DNA from: Candidatus Sumerlaeota bacterium
Lineage (GTDB): Bacteria; Sumerlaeota; Sumerlaeia; JADFCW01
Length of the DNA stretch: 64,000 nucleotides
Assembly: GCA_017161705.1 (NCBI GenBank)
Contig: JADFCW010000001.1
Coordinates: forward strand, 4,521 to 68,520
Reading direction: 5' to 3'
Each line of letters begins with the position of its first letter. Position 1 is the stretch's first letter. Of this stretch, positions 49,613 to 57,987 are shown piece after piece. The notes beneath the pieces are model-generated. The model was not told the DNA's origin. It saw only the letters and a list, made by a program, of their open reading frames with translations, and searched no databases. The position numbers were made by a program, and so were the translations under genes.

Positions 49613-49641
49613 GGAGGAGAGAATATCGTATTCTCTCCTCC
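49613..49641 (-). terminator. Perfect 13-bp palindrome acting as a minus-strand intrinsic terminator
   Basis: GGAGGAGAGAATA-tcg-TATTCTCTCCTCC. On the minus strand it is followed by TTTGTTTTTAT; on the plus strand no U-tract follows. Confidence 0.5.
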
Positions 49642-49801
49642 ACAGGGGTCATGGTAAGTGATGCCTTGCAGGCGTTCCTGCCCTTCCGTTTCCGCGGTTC
49701 GCCTTGGCCGACGCCCACGCCTTGTGCGGTGGGCTGCAGAAGCCGCGGGACGTTTTGGAATCATCCTGCAGGAAACCCGCATGCCGAAGCGGGCGGCTCA
49801 C

Positions 49802-49876
49802 CTACTTTTTGCATTTCTTAGCCGCTTTCTTCGCCGGTTTTTTCGCGGCGGGTTTCTTGACGGCCTTTTTTGCCAT
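49802..49876 (-). CDS. Tiny ORF, 24 aa, Lys/Ala-rich (MAKKAVKKPAAKKPAKKAAKKCKK)
   Basis: ATG preceded by a G-rich ribosome-binding-like site (GGGAGAAAGGGG). Too short for the ORF track. Paralogous to the ORF at 49995..50042. Confidence 0.25.
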   Translation of the reverse strand: MAKKAVKKPAAKKPAKKAAKKCKK

Positions 49877-49994
49877 TTGTGTCACCCCTTTCTCCCTGGC
49901 TGACCCGGGATTTCCATCTCCGTCTTAGAAGGTTTGCATGGACGGAACCCCGTTCGCAAGCCTTCCGGAGACAGAAAGACAAAGTGTGGTGCTG

Positions 49995-50042
49995 TTACTT
50001 CTTGCCCTTCTTGGCGGGCTTCTTCGCCTTCGCCTTTGCCAT
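49995..50042 (-). CDS. Tiny ORF, 15 aa, Lys/Ala-rich (MAKAKAKKPAKKGKK)
   Basis: ATG preceded by AAGGGAAAGGGGG. Shares the CCCCTTTC(T)CCC upstream motif with the ORF at 49802..49876. Confidence 0.25.
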   Translation of the reverse strand: MAKAKAKKPAKKGKK

Positions 50043-50547
50043 GGGTTATTCCCCCTTTCCCTTATGGTCGGACCGCATGGGCAGCGGCCGGCTGGTTTTG
50101 CGAGGGACCCGCTTGTTTCCTCACGAATCGGCCAATTTCGTGTCGTTCGCCCGGTAACGGGAGCACGGCGGAAACAGGTGGCCGCCTGCAAAACTCAGTG
50201 GAATCCAACTAAAAGACTGTGCAGCGCGTCAAGAAAAATAACATAGTTTAGCAAAAAAACTTTATGGCACAAGAGGGGTGTTTGAAATTGCGGCGGAACC
50301 GGACACAATTTCGTGCGGTTGAAAAAACTGCTGGTAAAAACATGGGATCAATAATTGGCCGCTTTTTCTCCATTCCCGCGAAAACCGGATAATTATAAAA
50401 GATCGGATTGCACCTGTCTTGCGCGGCATTTCGTTTTCCAATTTCTCCTGCTCGCAGGGCTGGAAAAACGGTTGCGTTTCCGCGACGCACTGTTTTAGGG
50501 TTTGCTGGGTTTTCGCCAGGATGACGGCGTGAGGAGTTTTCTGCGAA

Positions 50548-50904
50548 ATGGCCAAAGGCAAAACCACCGCCAGTCGAACCATTCGCGTCGAGAATCCCCT
50601 CGGCCTGCATGCCCGTCCGTGCAGCCTGCTGGTTCAGACTGCCAGCCATTTTCCCGACACGGAGGTCTGGGTAACCAACGGCCGCCAGCGGGTGAATGGC
50701 AAAAGCATCATGGGGGTTTTAGGCCTGGCGGCTGCCGCGGGCACGGAACTGCTCATCGAGACCAAGGGGCGCAATGCCGAACAGGCGCTCGAAGCCATCT
50801 GCCGCGTGATCGCCGCGCTGGAAACGTTCGAGCAATATCAGACGCGCGAGGAAACGCTGGATGCATGGCGCAAGCTGCTTGCCGAAGTCACATCCAGGGA
50901 GTAG
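50548..50904 (+). CDS. ptsH: Phosphocarrier protein HPr with ~30-aa C-terminal extension
   Basis: Active-site His15 context NPLGLHARP and a regulatory Ser46-like context (VNGKSIMGVLGL). 118 aa versus the usual ~88. Confidence 0.85.
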   Translation: MAKGKTTASRTIRVENPLGLHARPCSLLVQTASHFPDTEVWVTNGRQRVNGKSIMGVLGLAAAAGTELLIETKGRNAEQALEAICRVIAALETFEQYQTREETLDAWRKLLAEVTSRE

Positions 50905-50911
50905 GGTCTTT

Positions 50912-52774
50912 ATGCCGTCCGCCGTACGCTCCGCTTCGTCCTCGCGCCAGATCGTGCTGAAGGGTATCCCGGCCTCGCCGGGGATCGCGATTGGGCGCGC
51001 GTATGTGTTCGACCCGCGCCAGCCGGCGGTAGCCGCGCTGGAGATTGCCGAGCGAAATGTCGAGCGCGAGGTCGAGCGGTTTCTCAAGGCGATCGAACGG
51101 ACGCGGCGGCAGATTCAGAAACTCCGCCAGCAGGTGGCGCGCCAGATCAACGAGCGGCAGGCGGCCATTTTCGACACTCACCTGATGATGCTGGATGATC
51201 CTTCGTTTCAGGAGGAAACCGTCCGGCGGATTCGCGCCGAGCGACTGAACGCCGAATATCTGCTTCAGTCGCAGGTGCAGAAGCAGGCTTCGCGTTTCGA
51301 GAAAATCCAGGACGAGATGTTTGCCGCCCGCGCCGCTGATCTGACGGATGTGGCTCAGCGCGTGCTCGCCAACCTCATGACGCACGAGCGTCCCGCCCTG
51401 TCCGCGTTGACCAAGCCGGCCATTGTTGTCGCACGCGACCTGGGGCCTTCCGACACCGCGCAGATGAACAAGGAGACCGTCATCGGATTTGCGACCGACC
51501 GCGGGGGGCCCACCTCGCACACGGCCATCATGGCCAAGGCTTTGGAAATTCCTGCTGTCGTCGCTACGGGCGAACTGACGCAACATGTCCGGTCGGGCGA
51601 TTTGCTGATTCTCGACGGCGTCAACGGCTACGTCATTCTGCGCCCAACGCACGACACACTGCGGGACTATGAAAAGTCGCAGGCGGCGATCGAGAAGTTC
51701 GAGCAGGAACTGGCAAAGAATCGCCACCTGCCGGTGGAAACGCTCGACGGCCACGCGGTTGAAGTCGGGGCCAACATCGAATTGCCGGAGGAGGTTCCGC
51801 ACGTCATCGAGCACGGCGCCCAGAGCGTCGGGTTGTTTCGGACGGAGTTTCTGTTTCTGAACCGCGACCGTCTGCCGCGCGAGGACGAACTGTTCGAGAT
51901 GTATCGGTCGGTGATAGCGGCACTGCATCCCCGCACGGTGATCTTCCGCACGCTGGACCTGGGGGGCGACAAGTTCGCCAAGACGGTTCCCCTGTCGAAA
52001 GAGCTGAATCCCTTTTTGGGGCTGCGCGCCATTCGCCTGTGTCTGCATTATCCGGAATTATTTCGGCGGCAGTTGCGGGCCATCTTTCGCGCCAGCATCT
52101 ATGGCCACATCAAGATCATGTTCCCCATGGTTTCGAGTCTCGAAGAAGTGAGAGCCGCGAAAACCATTTGCGAGGAAATCCAGCGCGAGCTTCGCCAACA
52201 TCGCATTGCATATGATCGCGACATCGAGATCGGCATCATGATAGAAACGCCGTCGGCGGCTGTGGCGGCCGATCTGCTGGCCCGAGAGGTGGACTTTTTT
52301 TCGATTGGCACGAACGACTTGATCCAATACACGCTGGCCGTGGACCGCGTCAACGAAACCGTTGCCCATCTCTATGAACCGCTTCATCCGTCGGTCTTGC
52401 GCCTGATTCATAATGTGATCGAGTCGGGGCACAAACAGGGCATTTGGGTGGGCGTCTGCGGCGAGTTGGCCGGCGATCCCACGATGGCCGCGATTTTGGT
52501 GGGCATGGGCATTGATGAATTGAGCATGGGCCCGGTGCGCATTCCCGAAATCAAGCAGGTGATTCGCGGCCTGCGGCTGAGCGATGTCCAGGCGATGGCG
52601 CGCGACTTGCTGAAACAAGCCTCCGCCCGGGAGGTCCGCGAAGTCGTGCGCCGCTATACCGAGCGGCTGCCGATTCGCCCCAAATGGCCGACACCGCCGC
52701 TGTTGAAACCGATTCGTGCGAGGGGAAGCGCGGCGGGCATTGTCCGCCGCCTGGGCGAACCGGTAGAGGTGTGA
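50912..52774 (+). CDS. ptsI: Phosphoenolpyruvate-protein phosphotransferase (PTS Enzyme I)
   Basis: GGPTSHTAIMAKALEIPAVV (phospho-His site), PEP-utilising TIM barrel (RTLDLGGDK, IGTNDLIQYT). Confidence 0.95.
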   Translation: MPSAVRSASSSRQIVLKGIPASPGIAIGRAYVFDPRQPAVAALEIAERNVEREVERFLKAIERTRRQIQKLRQQVARQINERQAAIFDTHLMMLDDPSFQEETVRRIRAERLNAEYLLQSQVQKQASRFEKIQDEMFAARAADLTDVAQRVLANLMTHERPALSALTKPAIVVARDLGPSDTAQMNKETVIGFATDRGGPTSHTAIMAKALEIPAVVATGELTQHVRSGDLLILDGVNGYVILRPTHDTLRDYEKSQAAIEKFEQELAKNRHLPVETLDGHAVEVGANIELPEEVPHVIEHGAQSVGLFRTEFLFLNRDRLPREDELFEMYRSVIAALHPRTVIFRTLDLGGDKFAKTVPLSKELNPFLGLRAIRLCLHYPELFRRQLRAIFRASIYGHIKIMFPMVSSLEEVRAAKTICEEIQRELRQHRIAYDRDIEIGIMIETPSAAVAADLLAREVDFFSIGTNDLIQYTLAVDRVNETVAHLYEPLHPSVLRLIHNVIESGHKQGIWVGVCGELAGDPTMAAILVGMGIDELSMGPVRIPEIKQVIRGLRLSDVQAMARDLLKQASAREVREVVRRYTERLPIRPKWPTPPLLKPIRARGSAAGIVRRLGEPVEV

Positions 52775-52797
52775 GAGGAAAGACCAGATGAAGGGAG

Positions 52798-52846
52798 TGG
52801 AAGAATGAACCGGGTGGACAGCCCGGACAGAATGGACAAGTGGGAC
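52798..52846. repeat. 9-bp-periodic pentamer repeat array C (6 units)
   Basis: TGGAAgaaTGAACcggGTGGACagcccGGACagaaTGGACaagTGGGACgaaaac, in the ptsI-yitJ spacer. Confidence 0.55.
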
Positions 52847-52940
52847 GAAAACGCTGCCGCCCGTCTTGCACACAAACCATTCTATGAACTTCCTGTTGTT
52901 CATGTCGTCCATTTTGTATACTTCGTGCACGGCTTGAGCC

Positions 52941-54803
52941 ATGTCAAATTCCGACGTTCGTCAAAAGCGACTGGGCCGGTTACTCGACCGCCTCGCAGCG
53001 CGTGTGTTGATTTGCGACGGCGCTGTCGGCACCATGCTTTACAACAAGGGCGTCTATATTAACCAGAACTTCGAGGCGCTCAATCTCTCCAAACCTAGCC
53101 TCGTTCAGGAAGTCCATGCGGAATACGTCAAAGCGGGCGCCGACATCATCGAGACCAACACATTTGGCGCTAACCGCCTGAAACTCGAAGCGGCAGGATT
53201 GGCCGACAAAGCCGCCGACATCAATCGCGCGGGCGCGCGCCTGGCACGCGAAGCGGCGGGCGACTGCGCTTTTGTCGCCGGTTCGATCGGCCCGTCGGGC
53301 GAATCGCGCTGGCGAGGCACACCCGTGGACCGAAAACATTTGGGCGCCGTGTTCGGCGAGCAGGCGGCCGCGTTAGCTGAAGGCGGTGTGGACTTGTTTA
53401 TTCTCGAAACGTTTGCCGACCTTGCCGAACTGCTTGCTGCTATCGAAGCCGTGCGCGCCGTAAGCGGTTTGCCCATCATCGCCCAGGCTCGGTTCGCCGA
53501 CGCCGAGCGCACTGATCTTGGCTATACGGTCGAAGAGGTGACAAAGGCGCTCGACCGCGCACCGGCCGAGGTTGTGGGATTCAACTGCGGGATCGGTCCG
53601 GCTACCGCGCTGGAGGTGCTCGAGCGAATGCGCGCGCTGACGACCAAGCCGATTTGCGTTCAGCCCAACGCGGGTCTGCCCCAGGAGTTCGACAACCGTT
53701 CGATCTATCTCAGCACGCCGGAATATATGGCCGTCTATGCAGGGCGGATGATTCAAAAAGGCGCGGCGATAGTCGGCGGTTGCTGCGGAACAACGCCGGC
53801 ACACATTCGCCAGATTCGTGCGCAGGCCAAGGCGCTTCAGCCGGCCTCGACGATACAAGCCGCTTTGTTGGATGAAATGAAAACGGGCGAGGTTGCGCGG
53901 CCCGCACCGGCCGAGACGCAGTCGCGCTTTGCAGCGAAATTGCGCGCCGGCACATTTGTCGTCAGCGTCGAGATGGACCCGCCCATCGGGAGCGATCCGA
54001 CGAAAACGCTGGCCTCGGCCAAAGCCCTGGTGGGAACGCGCGTGGACGCGATCAATATCGCCGACGGCCCGCGCGCCATGGCGCGCATGAGTCCTTTGGC
54101 GCTGGCCCTTCGCGTGCGCGACGAACTCGGCATCGAGCCGATCGTCCATTATTGCTGTCGCGACCGAAACATTCTCGCCATACAGGCCGATCTGCTGGGC
54201 GCCCATTCGCTCGGCATCCACAACATGCTGGCCATCACGGGCGATCCGCCGCGGCTGGGCAACTATCCGGAAGCGGCGGCGGTTTTCGACGTGGATTCGA
54301 TCGGTCTGGTGCGGATCGTGCGGAAGCTGAATGCGGGGATGGATCTGGCGGGAAGCCCGATCGGTCCGCCGACGAAGTTTTTCGTAGGCGTTGGGGCCAA
54401 CCCGGGCGCCATTGACCTGGACAGGGAGATTTTCCGCCTCGAACAAAAAGTCGCCGCCGGCGCGGAATACGTCCTGACGCAGCCGGTGTATGACGTGCGG
54501 CTGTTCGAACAATTCATCCGGCGGACGGCTCACTTGCGCGTGCCGGTGCTGGTGGGGATTCTGCCGCTGGTCAGTTCGCGCAACGCGGAATTTTTGCACA
54601 AGGAAATTCCCGGCATGCAGATTCCCGACCCCATCCGCGAACGCATGCGAAAGGCGGGGTCTGGGCCCGACGCGCGAAAAGAGGGGCTGGCGATTGCGCG
54701 CGAGGCCCTGCGCGAATGCGCGCCGATGGCCCAGGGCGTCTATATCATGCCGCCGTTCAATCGCGCCGACCTTGCACTCGAAGTGCTGGACGTTTTGGGT
54801 TGA
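52941..54803 (+). CDS. yitJ: Bifunctional homocysteine S-methyltransferase / 5,10-methylene-THF reductase (YitJ type)
   Basis: N-terminal Hcy-binding (S-methyl_trans) domain with Zn-ligand Cys (CGIGP, GGCCGTTP). C-terminal MTHFR domain. Confidence 0.85.
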   Translation: MSNSDVRQKRLGRLLDRLAARVLICDGAVGTMLYNKGVYINQNFEALNLSKPSLVQEVHAEYVKAGADIIETNTFGANRLKLEAAGLADKAADINRAGARLAREAAGDCAFVAGSIGPSGESRWRGTPVDRKHLGAVFGEQAAALAEGGVDLFILETFADLAELLAAIEAVRAVSGLPIIAQARFADAERTDLGYTVEEVTKALDRAPAEVVGFNCGIGPATALEVLERMRALTTKPICVQPNAGLPQEFDNRSIYLSTPEYMAVYAGRMIQKGAAIVGGCCGTTPAHIRQIRAQAKALQPASTIQAALLDEMKTGEVARPAPAETQSRFAAKLRAGTFVVSVEMDPPIGSDPTKTLASAKALVGTRVDAINIADGPRAMARMSPLALALRVRDELGIEPIVHYCCRDRNILAIQADLLGAHSLGIHNMLAITGDPPRLGNYPEAAAVFDVDSIGLVRIVRKLNAGMDLAGSPIGPPTKFFVGVGANPGAIDLDREIFRLEQKVAAGAEYVLTQPVYDVRLFEQFIRRTAHLRVPVLVGILPLVSSRNAEFLHKEIPGMQIPDPIRERMRKAGSGPDARKEGLAIAREALRECAPMAQGVYIMPPFNRADLALEVLDVLG

Positions 54804-55189
54804 CGCGAAACGTCGCAGGAGTCAGCTTTCTTGGGGTGTGAGGGGAGGGCGGTTGAGAAAGAGAAGCTCAAATGGGGGAGCGAGAGAGTATCGTCGGCAG
54901 ATGGAAAGTCTTCCGAAAGACCTTCGACCGGGAAATCCCTGGCGAGAAAAGGATTCTTTTTGGGTTGCGCATAGCGAAAAGCGTTCGATGCGAGGGGGAT
55001 AGTAGGGGTTTGCTTTTTGTGCCCGACTCCTTAGACGGGGAAACGCTGCAACCGCACCCGGGGTTTTCAGTGCTTATGGCATGTGGACTGCCCCGTTGAT
55101 TTCTCCTGTTGCACACTCGACGAGTGTGAAAGACTCAGCAAGCAGGTCTCCCTTGATCGGGAAGCCCTTGACACCGGCATCGGAATCCC

Positions 55190-56926
55190 GTGAGCGTTGT
55201 AAGTGGAGAGCAGACGATGGACACGCTATTGGACAGCCAGGTTGAAGATAGGGCAGCGACGGAATCTTCGCAGCAGGCCGATGAGCCGTACGTCGGTCTT
55301 GCGCTCAAGTGGCGGCCGAAGACCTTCGAGGAGATCGTCGGCCAGCGGCAGGTGAGCGAGACGCTGAAGAACGCCATGGCGCAGGGGCGGATTGCGCAAG
55401 CGTATCTTTTCTGCGGACCGCGTGGAGTGGGCAAGACCTCGACCGCCCGGATTCTCGCGCGCGCGATCAATTGCGAGAAAGGCCCGACGCCGGAGCCGTG
55501 CGGCAAGTGCATGTTCTGCCGCGCGATTTCCGCCGGCAGCGACATGGATGTGGTCGAGATTGACGGCGCCTCGAATAACAAGGTGGACGACGTGCGCGAG
55601 CTGCGCGAGGCGGTTAACTTCACGCCGTTCGCCGCCCGCTACAAGGTCTATATCATTGACGAAGTGCACATGCTCTCGACCGGCGCGTTCAACGCTCTTC
55701 TCAAGACGCTGGAAGAGCCGCCCGAGCGCGTGAAGTTTATTTTCGCCACCACCGAGCCGCACCGCGTGCCGGCCACCATCCGGTCGCGCTGCCAGGTTTG
55801 CAATTTCTCCCAGATCACCGAGGCGGACATTGTCGGACGGCTCGAGACCATTCTCGCGCGCGAGCCCTCGATTACCGTCGCCCCCGAGGAAAAGCGCGCC
55901 GTGCTCGAAACCATCGCCCACTATGCCGAAGGCTCGATGCGCGACGCCCTGGTGGCGTTCGATCAAGTGGCCGCGCTGGGATTGGGCACCATCACGCTGA
56001 AGGATGTTCAGGATTTGCTGGGCCTGGTGGACAGCGATGCCTGTCTCGCTCTGCTCGCCGGTCTGTGCACGGGCAGGACGGGCGAGTTGCTGCAGAAGGT
56101 GGATGAGCTGGTGAATGCGGGGCGCGACCTCGAACGCGTGACACGCCAGTTGGTGAAACTGGTGCGCGATGGACTGATCCTCAAAGCCGGAGGCGCGGCC
56201 GACTTAGTGCGGCGTCCTGAGAGCGAGCGGCGGCGCCTGGCGGACATCGTCGCGGGGGTCTCTCTGGCACAAATGGTCAATATCAGCCAGGTGCTGGTCG
56301 CGCTCGAAGAACAAATGCGAAGCGGCGTGCCGGTTCGCTTTGCACTTGAATTGGCCTTTATCAAACTGACCGCTTTAGGCGGAGCGACCGACCTTGGCGA
56401 GTTGATCAAAAAAATCGAGGCGATGAGCCGAGGCGGCGCTGCGGAAACAGCGGGCGGGAGTCCCTTGTCCCGCCCGGCAGCGGCTCCCGCGACACCGCCG
56501 GCGATGCGGGTGGCAGAGCACCCGACCCCCGCGCCGGCGCGGGCGGCCGTGCTGGCGGAAAGGTCGGGAGCATCCGTTGCCCCGCCGCGTGTCGTGCCCT
56601 CTGCCGTCCACATTCCGCCGACGCCCGCTGCAACGGTCCACGCCGACAAAACGTTGGATGGGAACGGCGGGAGCGCGGCGGCGGGCTCGATGCGCGTGGG
56701 CGAATCGGTCGCCGAGTTCGAGACCGACGCGGTGCTATCCAACGGAATCGGACTGGACGACGAGCCCGGTGCGTCCAACGGCAGAGCGGGTCTGGGGGCG
56801 CCGGCCGACCCGCGCGCGTGGCTGCGCGAGGCGTTCAGCCGCGATCCGTCATTGGCGGAGGCAGTCGAGGCGATCAAACAAATGTTTTCGGCGCGCGAAG
56901 TCGCGCTGGATGGAATTCCGTTGTAA
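55190..56926 (+). CDS. dnaX: DNA polymerase III subunit gamma/tau
   Basis: AAA+ clamp-loader motifs (GPRGVGKTSTARILA, zinc module CGKCMFC, DEVHML, SRC). The track start is GTG; the first ATG lies 27 nt downstream. Ala/Pro-rich tau linker. Confidence 0.9.
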   Translation: MSVVSGEQTMDTLLDSQVEDRAATESSQQADEPYVGLALKWRPKTFEEIVGQRQVSETLKNAMAQGRIAQAYLFCGPRGVGKTSTARILARAINCEKGPTPEPCGKCMFCRAISAGSDMDVVEIDGASNNKVDDVRELREAVNFTPFAARYKVYIIDEVHMLSTGAFNALLKTLEEPPERVKFIFATTEPHRVPATIRSRCQVCNFSQITEADIVGRLETILAREPSITVAPEEKRAVLETIAHYAEGSMRDALVAFDQVAALGLGTITLKDVQDLLGLVDSDACLALLAGLCTGRTGELLQKVDELVNAGRDLERVTRQLVKLVRDGLILKAGGAADLVRRPESERRRLADIVAGVSLAQMVNISQVLVALEEQMRSGVPVRFALELAFIKLTALGGATDLGELIKKIEAMSRGGAAETAGGSPLSRPAAAPATPPAMRVAEHPTPAPARAAVLAERSGASVAPPRVVPSAVHIPPTPAATVHADKTLDGNGGSAAAGSMRVGESVAEFETDAVLSNGIGLDDEPGASNGRAGLGAPADPRAWLREAFSRDPSLAEAVEAIKQMFSAREVALDGIPL

Positions 56927-56985
56927 AATCAGGCGCCGGAATTCGAACAGGAGTCGCGCGATATCAATGGAAAGGCAATCAAACC

Positions 56986-57297
56986 ATGTTTGACCTCAAG
57001 CAACTTCAGAAAATGCAAAAAGACTTGCAGGAACAGCTCGAGGCGATGCAGCGGGAGGCGGAACGCCAGACGGTGGAGGCGTCGTCGGGCGGCGGGGCTG
57101 TGCGGGTTGTGGCCAACGGCGCGCAGCAAATCGTCGAGATCAAAATCCGCCCCGATGCGGTGGACCCCGACGATATCGAGATGCTCGAGGACCTTGTCAT
57201 CGCCGCCGTCAACAGCGCCATGGAAAAGTCCAAGGAACTCACGCAGAAAGAAATGGGCAAGCTGACCGGCGGTATCAAACTGCCGATGATGTTTTGA
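56986..57297 (+). CDS. ybaB: Nucleoid-associated protein YbaB/EbfC
   Basis: MFDLKQLQKMQKDLQEQLEAMQ...GGGAVRV...IKI start. Canonical position after dnaX. Confidence 0.9.
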   Translation: MFDLKQLQKMQKDLQEQLEAMQREAERQTVEASSGGGAVRVVANGAQQIVEIKIRPDAVDPDDIEMLEDLVIAAVNSAMEKSKELTQKEMGKLTGGIKLPMMF

Positions 57298-57354
57298 GCG
57301 CGGAACGATTTTGCATCCCCGGATTATGCGCGATTGTGCAATTAGCAAGGCTTC

Positions 57355-57987
57355 ATGAGCGAGCAGCGGATATGGTTTCCGGTGTGGCTGGAGTTGTGCG
57401 GGCTGCCGGAGTGGCTCAACACCAAGGTTCGGCAGGGGGCATGGGGCGTGTTCAAGAAGCTGGTCGAGCTCGACTGCGAGGCAAATTTTCAGCCGGGGCA
57501 CTTCGAGATCCCGCTCAGCGATCTGGCGCGGCGCACCGGTCTGCCGCCCGCCACCGTGGCCCGCATTCTCCACGGTTTGCGCCGCAAGCGCCTGATCTCG
57601 TGCTTTGTCCCTGAGCACCCCGACGAAAACATCCTATGCAAAATCGCTGTCCCGCTTCCCCTGCCGGAACCGCGCGATGTCGTGCTGGGCCGGCTGCCGC
57701 GCGCCCTCCAGCGCGAGGAACTTCGCTACCTCGACCAGATGGCCCTGTCCGAGGAACAGGAAGCCCAATTACGAGAAATTGTGGACGAGTATCTAAATAA
57801 AGTGAGCCAGAAAATGAACGCGATAATCCTCGATGAGTTGCGTCTGATCGCCGCACGGTATCCGCGCGAACGAATCCGCCGGCATTTTGCCCGCGCGCGC
57901 GCGGCCGGCTTCGACAGCCTCTCCTGGATCTCGCGCGAAATGGCCCGGGAAGAACTCCATGAGCAAAAAACCGTCAAACCCAAATGA
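57355..57987 (+). CDS. DnaD-like / winged-helix replication-initiation-type protein (tentative)
   Basis: Central wHTH (LSDLARRTGLPPATVARILHGLRRKRLI). C-terminal region resembles the DnaD/DnaB(Bs) DDBH2 pattern (NAIILDELRLIAARYPRERIRRHFARARAAGFDSLSWISREM). Confidence 0.4.
   Translation: MSEQRIWFPVWLELCGLPEWLNTKVRQGAWGVFKKLVELDCEANFQPGHFEIPLSDLARRTGLPPATVARILHGLRRKRLISCFVPEHPDENILCKIAVPLPLPEPRDVVLGRLPRALQREELRYLDQMALSEEQEAQLREIVDEYLNKVSQKMNAIILDELRLIAARYPRERIRRHFARARAAGFDSLSWISREMAREELHEQKTVKPK

Noticed and set aside
50255-50295. TGGCAC hexamer upstream of ptsH as a possible sigma-54 -24 element
   Set aside because: There is no GC/TTGC -12 element at the required 12-bp spacing (the nearest TTGC is ~20 bp away).
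50888-54599. 386-aa and 408-aa minus-strand ORFs opposite ptsI and yitJ
   Set aside because: Antisense to well-conserved genes. No motifs.
54840-55100. Possible tmRNA or SRP RNA in the dnaX upstream gap
   Set aside because: GGGGGAGCGAG...UCGUCGG loosely resembles a tmRNA 5' end, but there is no T-arm/CCA-proximal GGUUCGAnUCC, no tag-ORF, and no SRP domain-IV motif. There is not enough evidence to call an RNA gene.
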